NCBI RefSeq assembly: GCF_000143415.4
Contig: NW_003314379.1
Coordinates: 406,018 to 470,017, forward strand
DNA: 64,000 nt
Direction: 5' to 3'
From: Selaginella moellendorffii
Lineage: Eukaryota; Plantae; Lycopodiophyta
Positions 38,101 to 48,809 of the stretch are shown here, in pieces. The position numbers and the translations under genes were made by a program. The notes under the pieces were generated by a model. The model searched no databases. It had not been told where the DNA came from and saw only the letters and a program-made list of their open reading frames with translations. Position 1 is the stretch's first letter. Each line of letters starts with the position of its first letter.

Positions 38101-38990
38101 TACTCGCGTGACTCCTCATTTCCCGGATGCACCTTGGTATCCAAACCTTCCACCGCAGCAGCACCAACGGGACGTTGCTGACGCCAAGGTCTCCACCCAG
38201 GAAATGGAGGTCGCCAATCCGAAAAGCGCCTACAATGCCGATAAGTATGACCAACTTCATCACACGCCCAGCAACGAACATTATGGCCACAACCACATCC
38301 TCGCCCTTGTCCTTGGACTCGAGTAGCAGCAGCATCAACCTCCATTGGAACAGGACCATCACTCATAGGAAGTGGAGCGGAAGGACGTGCAGCGAAAAGT
38401 GGAAGAGGCGACATCTCATAACGTTGTGCCAAGCGAAGAGCATCGTCAAGGGTGGCAGGAGCAAGTGCATGCACAAGGCCGGCAAGATCTTGACGAAGTG
38501 CTGGCCACAACATTCCTAGCTTGATCCGCTCCGACATATTTGGCTCCGCACGAAGCAAAAGACTTCGAAAACGAATGCCAAATTGCATCACCGACTCAGA
38601 TGGCCCTTGGCGAAGACGATGCAATTGTTGGAAGGCATCATCACAATCGTCGGCGTGTCCAAAGGCGCGTTTGAAGACGTCCGGAAGAACACTCCAATCG
38701 CCACGAGTGGCTGCGCTCAATCCATTGTACCATTGCAATGCTGTCCCTTGGAGACATGTGGGGAACTCACGCAAATGTCGAGCATCATCCCAAGAATGAT
38801 ATGTGGCAACCACCGTGAAGTGATCGAACCAATGGTACACATCATCCCCAGGATTCCCACGAAAGAACTCCGGCCGAACACGAGGATTGGCACTAAGAGC
38901 AGGAGGAGTTGTACCATGTGCCGTGAACGATGCCATCAACTGAGTTTGGTTGTTCAATTGCAAGCGCATAGCATCAAGCAATTGAACCAA
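38100..38990 (-). CDS. gag: Gag
   Basis: PEFFRGNPGDDVYHW, LQGTALQWY, LRQGPSESVMQF, zinc knuckle CWACDEVGHTYRHC. Confidence 0.9.
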   Translation of the reverse strand: MVQLLDAMRLQLNNQTQLMASFTAHGTTPPALSANPRVRPEFFRGNPGDDVYHWFDHFTVVATYHSWDDARHLREFPTCLQGTALQWYNGLSAATRGDWSVLPDVFKRAFGHADDCDDAFQQLHRLRQGPSESVMQFGIRFRSLLLRAEPNMSERIKLGMLWPALRQDLAGLVHALAPATLDDALRLAQRYEMSPLPLFAARPSAPLPMSDGPVPMEVDAAATRVQGQGRGCGCGHNVRCWACDEVGHTYRHCRRFSDWRPPFPGWRPWRQQRPVGAAAVEGLDTKVHPGNEESRE

Positions 38991-39561
38991 CTATTGCTCT
39001 AGACTCAAAGGAAGAGATGGCGGATCGGCCATGAAGATGAACGCAAACGAAAGAGCAAAAGAAGAGAAATAACAAAAAGCTGAAAAGAAATAGTAGATCT
39101 AGACAATGCAAAAAGCTAGATCTAAACCAAAATCCTGAAAGGAAAGAACAAAAGAAAGGAACTGGAAAAAGCTAAATCTAGACAATGCAAAAGCTAGATC
39201 TAAACTGAAATCCCAAATCCAAGCACTCCCTAGGGACAATCAAAGGTGCCCCTCAACTCCACCAATGTGAGTACTTGGAATATGGAAAGGGAATACAGAA
39301 ATGTGCATATCAATTAGCCCAAAAACCCTAGCTTATATACAGGAGCGAGTGGTCCGGATTGAAACCAATCCGACAGCTACCAAAACCCCACTACGCTAAT
39401 ATTAGTATACGGCATCGTAGCTGTACACTTGGCCCTCACATAGAGAATTATGAAATTATTAAGTTCGCCATAACCTTAAAATTTTAAAGTTTATAATGTT
39501 TGTACTAAATTACAATTGAAAATTGAGCTCAACTCGTGAGCTCAAATATGGTCCATGCCCC

Positions 39562-39680
39562 TGGGATTGAATGCCATGATCAAAAGCTCATCCTCTTGCT
39601 TGAGGATCACTGTGGCTCTTCATCCAACCCCTGTGCAAAGTGATCATTGTAGAATTTGGCATTAGAGATGAGATCCCTCA
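39562..39680 (-). pseudogene. F-box/kelch pseudogene, 5' part (continuation of 21374-22175)
   Basis: TGGGATTGAATGCCATGATCAAAAGCTCATCCTCTTGCTTGAGGATCAC matches the reverse complement of ~1092-1141. Confidence 0.9.
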
Positions 39681-40215
39681 TTTTGAAGTTTTAAATATAT
39701 GACTTTGAAATTGTTCATTGCTTAAAGAGTTATATGGTTGATGCTAATGCTTTTTTTCAAGCTCTTCTCCCTTCTTTGCTATCTTTTTATGTTTATTACG
39801 AGTTTGTTTTTATAATATTTATGGATTTTTTAAATGAAGATTTCATATTGTTAGTGGTTGCTATATTTGATGTTCAGTGTTCATAAAGTGTAGAGCAAAA
39901 TTTACCTTCTCTTGATGAGGTTCATGAGGCTCAAAAAGTTAAGCCACATATTTAAAGGCATTGTAATAGATTTGAGAATTTTACATCATTTGTTGATGAC
40001 TTGTCATTTCAGCATTTACATTCTCAATATTGCTTTAAGAATAATTATTTTTATTTTGAGAGGACAAATCCTGATAATCATTTACTGCTAATCAAACCTT
40101 TAATATTTATTCCACCCTTTTTCCACACTTACCATGATTCTTCTATTCTACGTAAATATATAAGACATCATTGTATGACTGAGAAGTTGCATAAATTCTT
40201 TTATTGGTTAGAAAT
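39681..40215 (+). mobile_element. Heavily AT-shifted fragment of the same gypsy family (RNaseH-integrase linker)
   Basis: Collinear with the reverse complement of ~35690-36225 (FQHLHSQY vs FRHLHSQY; DNHL vs DDHL). Confidence 0.8.
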
Positions 40216-40309
40216 GTCAACCACAAACTATAAAATTTGACAATTGAAGTGGCAATCATCAATAGAGTAAGAGGCAAATTTTACAGTTGAAGTGGCGATC
40301 ATCAATAGA

Positions 40310-41130
40310 GTAAGAGGCGGCAATAGTGTTGCTTATCCCTGGCCTGGACAACAATGCCACTTACTAATGCCTCCTGCAAGTGTCACTCTCATCCCATGAG
40401 CAGATGTACCAAGTGAGCTGAGCATGGAGGAATCTCATCTCCAGTGCCAAGTTCTATGATGATCACTCCACCCAGGGATTGGACAAGGAATTGCTTGTTG
40501 CCACGGTGTTGCTTAGGGACGAGCTTTCAATCATTGCGTTCAATCCAGTAGTGAATGGATGATATTACCTCCTCCTCCTTGTAGGGCTTCATGCTCGACA
40601 CCAGGAGAGGATTCAAGTGAAGGGCCATCGGCAGCAAGCTCTATCTTCTTGGGAGATGGGGCCGCAACAAATCAGTGAGCATCTTCAATGCACACACAAA
40701 TTGATGGAGCATCACGGCGCCAATGCTGCATCGACGAAAGTGCTATGTGTCCGCGGCTATGGAGGGTCAGCTCTACATCGTGGGTGGCAACAGTATGGGG
40801 GAGGAACCAGATGCTGAGGTATACAAACCAGTGGAGGATCGATGGGATCCTCTCCCCCTTCCACCATCGCTGGAAAACAGATTTCACAACGCCCTCCTCG
40901 TCGATGACAGCAAGATGGTTGTGACCTCGTGCTGTGGTGGCCCGACGTTTGTTTTCTCAGCTCGAGATCTTTCCTGGGAAGTGGCGGACCTCCTTGGATT
41001 GCAGGAGCGGCACTGCTGCTTTGTGCACTCCAACCAGATGTACAAGTCCGACAAGGCGGGATCATTGTTGTTGAGATACGACAATGGCAAGAAGTCGTGG
41101 GAGGCAAGAACACGTCACGTTTTTATGTGA
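40310..41130 (+). pseudogene. Third F-box/kelch copy (pseudogene)
   Basis: LIPGLDNNATY* and SAAMEGQLYIVGG...AEVYKPVEDRWDPLPLPP; stops and frameshifts in the 5' half. Confidence 0.85.
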
Positions 41131-41292
41131 AAACATGCAGTCACTGATCCTTCTATTGACTTTTTTGATACGATCTTTCTCTGAAATTCGGGGAATGTGA
41201 TCAATTGAGATCACATTTCTGAGGTAAATCAGAACACCTTTTTGACTTGTATATGATTCTTTCCGGCTTGGAGGGTTTTTGACTTCGAGGTC

Positions 41293-42741
41293 ATGATGGA
41301 GGAAGAGGGCTACAGGTCGCAAATGACAACGGGCAGCTTGATTCCGCTGCTGCAGAAGGCCCTTTTGCAACACCAAGTAAGAATTGAACCACTTCCAGTT
41401 GCGGCTCCTGTTTTGCAGCTGGACGATCCTGCGCTGAGTTACCTTTCCAAGATGCTTTTAGGCGGGGATAGTGATAGTGACGAGCAGGAGGTTGCAACCC
41501 CGCAGCAGAACAGATACCAGGCTTACATGGACGACCTGAATTCCATCATAAGAGGTTGCGTCCAGTCTCCGGACAGTGATCAAGAACAGGTCGACCAGGA
41601 AGTATTTAGCTTGCTCAGAGAGTGCGCAAGAGCAGTAGCAGCCAGGAACTCGGCACAGGTTTACAATCTCATCGGATTGATCAAGAACTCAGTGACATCC
41701 GAAAACAGCCACTTAGAAAGGACCGCATTGTTCTTCGTCAACGCACTGGTAGCAAGGCTTAAAGGGTGTGGTTCACAGCTCTACTCGGCTCTGTCCAGAG
41801 AGGTTTCTCAGAAGCGCTACGTGGGGCTTTTGTGCATGAACCTCCCGTGGTTCAGCGCCACCGAGGTGATCTCGAATCACATAATTCTCGAGGCGTGCAA
41901 GGGAGCCAAGCGGATTCATATTGTGGACTACGGGATACTGTATGGCAGCCAGTGGCCGTGGCTTATCCGAGCTTTATCTCAGCGACCCGAGGGAGCTCCA
42001 CTGCTGAGGATGACAGGAATCGACTCGTCTGGGATGATAGATGGTGCACAGATTGGGAAGCATTTACTCGAGTTCGCAGAATTGTGTGGGATTCCGTTTG
42101 AGTTTAACTACATCACTGCAGACTCTTGGGAGCTCGCACAGCCGCAGTGCAACAGCTTGAACGAGTTTGTGGTCATCAACACAAACAGGAGACTGCGATT
42201 CTTGAGGGACGACTCCACCGCAGCAAACAATCCAAGGAAGGTGTTCTTCGATCGCATGCTCAAGCTCCAGCCGGCATTGTTGATCCAGTCTCTGCAAAGC
42301 GCCGACCCCAACGTCTCATCCCCGTTCTTCGTCCAGCGCTTTGAGGCGACACTTGCGTACTATGCCAACATTCTAAACGGTTTTGGAGAGGTTCTTAAGG
42401 ATCATCCGCAAGAGCTTGGCTTCGCAAGAAAGTTTGTGGAGAGGAGCATCATGAATGTGGTGGCCTGTGAAGGGGTGGATCGAGTGGAACGGCCGGGGCC
42501 ATACTACTACTGGGATTCGACGGCAAAGAAAGCTGGATTCGAGCAGCTGCCTCTGAGCGACCAAGTTATCGAGACAGCCAGGCTGATCTGGAGAGGCGAG
42601 AAGTTTAGCTTGTACAGGGATGGGCACTGGTTGCTACTGGCATGGAAGGACGCCCTGGCGTTTGGGATTTGTGCATGGAAACCTGGCGTGAAGCCGAGAA
42701 ATTCGTACAGCGCCAAGAGTTCAAAAAGATACCACTTCTAA
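41293..42741 (+). CDS. GRAS transcription factor, LISCL (SCL9/14/33-like) type, intronless, 482 aa
   Basis: LSYLSKMLL; LLRECARAV; VHIID variant IHIVDYGILYGSQWPWLI; LRMTGID; PFYRE variant SPFFVQRFEATLAYY; NVVACEGVDRVERP; C-terminal CAW (SAW). Confidence 0.93.
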   Translation: MMEEEGYRSQMTTGSLIPLLQKALLQHQVRIEPLPVAAPVLQLDDPALSYLSKMLLGGDSDSDEQEVATPQQNRYQAYMDDLNSIIRGCVQSPDSDQEQVDQEVFSLLRECARAVAARNSAQVYNLIGLIKNSVTSENSHLERTALFFVNALVARLKGCGSQLYSALSREVSQKRYVGLLCMNLPWFSATEVISNHIILEACKGAKRIHIVDYGILYGSQWPWLIRALSQRPEGAPLLRMTGIDSSGMIDGAQIGKHLLEFAELCGIPFEFNYITADSWELAQPQCNSLNEFVVINTNRRLRFLRDDSTAANNPRKVFFDRMLKLQPALLIQSLQSADPNVSSPFFVQRFEATLAYYANILNGFGEVLKDHPQELGFARKFVERSIMNVVACEGVDRVERPGPYYYWDSTAKKAGFEQLPLSDQVIETARLIWRGEKFSLYRDGHWLLLAWKDALAFGICAWKPGVKPRNSYSAKSSKRYHF

Positions 42742-42894
42742 AAGCTCTTGCACTCGTGCGTGTTGACTAAGAAGTGGCTGAAATTTGACTAGCAGCCAGC
42801 ACTCTCTTCTCCCTATCATCTCTTACTTATCTTCTTTCCAGAGTGGTTTAGGCCTAGTAATCTTCTGTTGTTGCTGTCAATAAAGACACATTCT

Positions 42895-43209
42895 TCAGTT
42901 CCATATCCTGCCTGCATTGTGAAAGGAACAAATCATGCTTGCCTGTTGGTTCAAACTCCCTCCATTGTTGTCATAAAGGTTGGCCCAGTCAAAGTCAATG
43001 AACCTAACATTGTTGTCATGCATGTTGCTATGCACGTCATATGTAGCCTGCTTGTCTTGCCAACTTTCACCCCGTGAGCAGCCTTCAGACACGCCACCCT
43101 CTGACCCCAGAGTGTTTCCACATCCCTAAGGCCATAAAGAAGCTCCCAGCCTGTCTTACTATCCAGGTACTCCATTTCCACCTCCAGCCAGGTTGTGGGG
43201 TGTGTAGCT
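42895..43209 (-). pseudogene. Kinase/phosphotransferase-like pseudogene, 3' part (split by element B)
   Basis: WLEVEMEYLD...VHSNMHDNNVRFIDFDWA resembles catalytic-loop and DF motifs; continues across the TSD from 55052-55427. Confidence 0.55.
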
Positions 43210-43752
43210 GGGGCGTGGACCATACTTGAGCTCACGAGTTGAAGAGTTGAGCTCACGAGTTGAGCTCAATTTTCAATTGTAATTTAGTACAAACATTATA
43301 AATTTTAAAATTTTAAGGTTATGGCGAACCTAATAATTTAATAACTCTCTATATATTATATAGATAAAAATGTTCTAAATAACACATTTTGTTCTAATAA
43401 TTTAAATATTTACTACATGCAATGATAGGGACATTTGTTAGAACATAAAATAAAATGTTTGAAAAAAGAGTATTCTTGTCACTTCTTTAAATTTGTACTC
43501 TATGCTTTCTGGCTAGTAAATGTTAGGTTTGTCAGAATTAAAAAATTATTAAATTTGAAATAAGATTCTATGTGAAGCCATATAACCGTTTGAAAGGAAA
43601 AAAAATAACCGTTGATGTAAGCTTATTGCATATAAAAGAAAGACTTGGTTCTTTGTAGAATACATTCTTGAGGGGTTTGTTGTAGCATACTGTCTAGAAT
43701 TTATAGATCTTCATTCACACTCTCATTCGAAAAAAGGGAAATACACCCACAA

Positions 43753-44205
43753 ATGTCTATGGGTTCTAGTGTTGGTAATTTTAACTCTCACAATCTTTCT
43801 TCCCAGGGCTCAAGGGCTAGGAGATGCAATAACTATCCCATTGCACAACATAACCAAATCACACAAGAGAATGAAAGAGAGGATAGTGAGGATAGTGATC
43901 ATGAGTTGGAGATAAATGCAATGACAGAGGGTGCAACAAATTGGGTGAAAAAGAATGCCCTCTTACTTGTTTTAGAAAAGTGCAGTTCTGCCACTTTCAA
44001 GAAGTGCCCCATATGTTTTCTAGCGTCTGGTGGAAACAATGGCAATGATCAGTATGATGGTATATATGCTCTTGCGACACACTGCAACATCACGCACCCG
44101 AAAGACTACCATGAAATATTTTTTGAGATGGTAAAGACAGAAATGGAGACACACGAGTACTATGGGCAGTATTGCGAGAAGAACACTCGGAAGCATATAA
44201 AATGA
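43753..44205 (+). CDS. Small cargo zinc-finger protein (element B)
   Basis: KCPICFLASGGNNGNDQYDGIYALATHCNITHPKDYH. Confidence 0.62.
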   Translation: MSMGSSVGNFNSHNLSSQGSRARRCNNYPIAQHNQITQENEREDSEDSDHELEINAMTEGATNWVKKNALLLVLEKCSSATFKKCPICFLASGGNNGNDQYDGIYALATHCNITHPKDYHEIFFEMVKTEMETHEYYGQYCEKNTRKHIK

Positions 44206-44296
44206 AAAGTGAAATGAAAAAGCACATTTGTATTAATTATATAAAGTATAATAAGTTTTATTGATAGAGAATAAACATCGATAATGTTGGAGAAAT

Positions 44297-47200
44297 CTAA
44301 TTAGCTCCAAAAGTTTTCTGCAACTCAGCAATAGTAAGGCTTGCTTGGTGTATATGAATATCCACTTTAGGATCCTGGTGCAAGATGTTGATGAAGATGT
44401 AGTACATATGCTTGCAAGGAGCATATGCCTTCCTATGTTCCTCGCGCTTCGTAAAGTCTGGACATGTGCAAGAAGGAAAGTTGTGAATGGCAATTGTGTA
44501 CTCTCCACCTTCTGTTTTGACTATGTACTCCTTTGCAAGCGCAGTGATGTACTTCGTAGAGAGAATCTCACACTCAAGTGTTTGAGCCAAGTTTATTTTA
44601 CCTTGCTTCTGCTTGGAGACGGTACCAATAAATTTAACTGCTTTACCTTTTCGTGCTGGCCTCCTGTGCATCTCTGTAGGAATAGTCCTGCTCCTGTCAC
44701 TCATGTCTCCAACTCTCCTCTCAAGATTAAAACCAGATTTCTCAAGGTTTTCAATCTCATCCGATGTGAGCGCGACCCCATTAACAACTGGCCATTCTTT
44801 AGGTACTGCATCAGGTTTAGTCACTATAGTGTCTTCAAGCCGCTTCGTATGGTTGGCGTCGGTGTTGCAACAATATAGCCAGCACCATCTTGAAAATCCT
44901 GCTTGCTTTCGTTCCCCATAGAAACATGGGGCTGGAACAGAAGCAGATTTTTCACCACGAATCCAGGCCCAACACTTGCCCCTCGGAAGCATCCCCACAC
45001 ACCTTACATTTGATTTTGCTGGCACACGTCGGATTGCCCATTGCTTCGGCTCCACGCTACGGTAAGCAATTTCAACCTGTTGCGATGCACTCTCTTCATC
45101 AGCCACTTGAGGTGGCTCAGTCCGAGAGCGGTGTCTTGGAGCAGAATGGTACTCGACATCAGGCCTGTGGGAGCTTTTTGCTCCAAGGTCCGTACCAACA
45201 TCGTCCCCAGCAAAGGTAAAACGACGCTTTGAGTGAATAGTCTTCATATCACCAATAGAAGCTCGGGGAGTGTACTCCATAGATGTGCCACGGACCACTT
45301 CCTCAACTGCAGTTGCCACTGTTCGGGCGGGTGGAGTTAATTTTCTCTTCATCCTATCATGTAACATCTCAACAGAAGGCTCTGTTCCCATATATCTTCC
45401 TTCCTCGAATGCCAGTGCTTTTGAAGATTGCTCTATAGCACGTATCAAATCTGATAGATAGGCTTCGTATAGACTCATCTTCCCTTTCCCTGCCTCAGAG
45501 GAACGCCAACTCCAATGCTTACTTTCGGAGAGATTCACAGTTGGGGTGTATGCGATGTCCTCAAGTGGTTGATCCTAATGAAAAAGGCAATATTAAAAGG
45601 TAATAAAAGGAGAAGAAAAAATATAAACCAACCTGAAAAGAGTGATGTCCCCATTGGAACATCCTAACTTCCCACCATCCTAACCATGACTCAAGTTGTG
45701 GTAGGCAACTTACGTCTGTATGGCCATCTTCACGCCACCACATTCGGATCTCGTTTGCTTTTGCCTCATGCTCTTCTTCAGAAGGTGCAACCTGCCATTG
45801 TTTGCACAACTCCTTAAATATTGATTGAAACTCTGGCTTGATAAGGTGGCAGTGCTGGTTTAGGCTTTGAGCCCAATGGAACTCACAAGTCCTCTCACGA
45901 CCTTCCAATGGTTGACCATTCCCAAAAACTGCTCGGATACCATTCCAGTTTGCACCAGCCCCATCTGCCATGAAACCACGAAAGTTTGCAGGCTTACCAG
46001 TCCGCTTTAGGACAATATCAGAGAGGGACTTCCAAAATATTTCCTGTGCTGTCTAGTCTTGTACTTTAAACTTTGCTGTCGCAATTGTTAAGTTACAACG
46101 TAGCCTATGAAAACATAAATATTATAACAATTTCAATATAATGAGAATAAAAATTACCTTGGATCATACACATGAGCTCCCATGGTTGTCCAACCGGATA
46201 CACGCTCCATATGGTCAAAATGTACCCATGCATTTGCAAGGTCACTGGACCCAAACATGTCCATTCGGGAGACAAGATCTACGCCAGAGGCAGGGCCCAT
46301 GGTAGACATTTTGAAGACGAAGGGGCACTCTTGCTCATTCATAACTTGGTCTGGAAACAAACTTCCGTGGATGAACTCGTATGGACAGGTCCGTTTCAAT
46401 TCAAGGATGGAGTCAATTTTTGATTGCAACTTCCCCTCTCGAGATTCACACATCCAAGATTTTATCCTAAACAATATAATGTAAGAAAAAATTATTATTA
46501 TAACGTATGAAAAATAACGGATGTACCTCCTTAGGCTAGTAGCAGGTTGTACTCCTCGTAGTGAGTCCCGCAAGCTAGCCTCGTTTAGTTGAGTCTTTTG
46601 GCAACCTGGATTGAGTAAGGTATTTGCGATAAAATCCTTGAGGACAGTCTTCTGAACATGCTTCGGAGTTGCAGATGAGTTTCTCATAGTCTCTTCCTGT
46701 ACAGCATCTTTGAAACGGTTGAGAGAACTCCTTTGTATCCCTTCCTGCATTGGATGCATATGTGTGCCAACATGCACTGCAGCTCTTCCAGCCACTCCAT
46801 CCCGTGGAAGAAAGTAGTACATCTTGGCCTCGCAGATAGCACGACATAGAGGAGCATTTTTGCAGAATCGACATTTGAATCCAACAGCAATGGTATCACA
46901 GGCTGGAGGATTGACTGCAGACCCTTCGAAAAATATAGAGTTTCTAGAGCGGTCTCGATTGCATGCTTCATCCACACAATCTAAATGCCCGCCACAATGA
47001 ACTATAGACACTGTGCCTTCAAAATGTTGGAAGTGTGTGGTCTTGATCTTGCACCAATTGTGGACATCCTGCTTGGTTTCCATCCCCTTCCGTTTGGAAC
47101 CTGTGCTGCTGACAAGAGGTGGTAGCTCGAAGAAAATGCTGCCGTTGTAGGAGGATGGAAGCTCACCCACAAGCCTATACAAAAACAAGTGCACGTCGAT

Positions 47201-47644
47201 TGAGAGGCATGAAAACTGGAAAGCATTGTTAACGACTTTGAATATTGCTGAAGTTGGAGCTGGAGCTGGTGAATTTGGCGCCGACACTAGCATGACATCT
47301 TCACTTGAACTAGAAGAGGACGAGAGGATAACGACTGACTCTTGCTTCACATTCACTTTCGCTGGAGCGCATTTTGGCATTTTGACTGGAGATCCAAACA
47401 CTCGAATCTCCTTCGACTTGGAATTTTGTAAATCCCATTGTTGTCCACCCTCGCCCACACCAGAAAGAAGAAACTCCGAGTATGCAACTATACCGATGTC
47501 GTTGCGGATCACAGCCTCTAAAGAAATAGAGCCAAGACGAAGATCAAAATGCCGACATAAAAAACTTTCAGAAACAATACTCTGAGAGAATGAAAGAGGT
47601 GGGTGATCTCGAAAATGAAGAAGAAACCTCTCCATCCTTCTCAA
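44297..47644 (-). pseudogene. Mutator-family transposase (GCM/WRKY-like Zn domain, DDE, SWIM); three introns, one nonsense codon; likely ATG at 47380
   Basis: CGGHLDC..C...CRFC...HVGTHMHP; VHFDH; FMADGAGANWNGIRAVFG; CEFH (CxxH); TVNLSESKH (catalytic E); SWIM CTCPDF...PCKHM. TAG at 46053-46055 where A has Gln. Confidence 0.88.
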
Positions 47645-48809
47645 TAAGTTTTGGAGTTCTCTCTCTTTATGCTACTTGTAAAAATCTATAGTGAAACATA
47701 ATTGAAATTTAAATAGAGTAATAAGAAGACAACGTACAAAATGAATTTAAATTCTATAGCAAATTTAACATGTGTAAGTGTGACAGTATTAATATTACTG
47801 TCATCTATTATGATGTCTGATGCATGTATACACATAGATCCAAGGAAAGATTTTCAGCACGTGAAGTTTGATAGTTAATAATGATACCAATAATGACATT
47901 CTGCTATAACGTGTCAAACCAAGAGATCCAATCTAACTATCAACACGTGTGATATGTCAAGTTGTCAAATTTTAAGTGGTAGATGATAATAGATCTTGTC
48001 AAATCTTATTCTTCAATAACAGATTTGATTCGTAGTACAACTCAAGTTTTATCCATAATTGTGAACACTGCTCAATGACATTTAAAGCACGTGCCTATTG
48101 TTTAGGATCTAATACAGTACAAAATAAATTTCTGGATGAGGATTCATCCATTCATAGATGGATATAGTACAACATATTTTAACGTGCCTTATTTATACTC
48201 TTTGAAGTTCTTGTAACGATTCCAAAATATGTACAAAATAGTGATGAGAATGCATCCTTTCTAGATAATTTGTAAAATATAATATCATATCTCTAATAAC
48301 AGAAATGTTGATAGGTGCTAGTTATACCATCATTAAAATATACAAAATAAAGAAGCATAATTTACATATAATAATAATGATAAGATAAAATAAGATCAAA
48401 GATATTGTGATGGTTGAGATTTAGGTTATTCGGAATGAACGGCCAGGATTAGAGATTGGTTAGGGTTAGGGCAGCCGTCAGGATTAGGGTTAGGGTAGCT
48501 GCCAAGATTAGGTTACTGTTCGCATTGTGGGTAGAGCGCGCGAGAGATCAAGAGATTGAGCACGAAGGAGATCGAGGGATTGAGCGCGAAGGAGATTGAG
48601 CGACTGAGCGTGCAAGAGATCGAGAGATTGAGCGTGCAAGAGATCGAGAGATTGAGCGCGCGAGTGGGAGAGTTTGAGCGCGCGAGCAGGAGAGATTGAG
48701 CGCGCGAGCAGGAGAGATTGAGTGCGTGAGCGGGAGAGATTGAGTGCGCGAGCGGGAGAGATTGAGCGCACAAGAAATCTAGCACGATCAAGAAATCGAG
48801 GGAGGAAAG

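Larger units (their letters stand above)
34429..39440 (-). mobile_element. Full-length Ty3/gypsy LTR retrotransposon (5012 bp) nested in element A
   Basis: 175-bp TG..CA LTRs 34429-34603 and 39266-39440; PBS TGGTGGAG (tRNA-Ala-like); PPT AAGAGGAGGGGATGA; 4-bp TSD TAGA confirmed by the empty site in B (~43348). Confidence 0.95.
22176..39561 (+). mobile_element. Element A: Mutator-like DNA transposon with ParB-MTase cargo and two nested retroelements
   Basis: Ends GGGGATGGTCTAAAGTTGAGTTGAGCTCACGAG... and ...GAGCTCAAATATGGTCCATGCCCC. 7-bp TSD TGGGATT (22169-22175, 39562-39568). The kelch sequence is continuous across the insertion. Inverted copy of element B. Confidence 0.93.
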
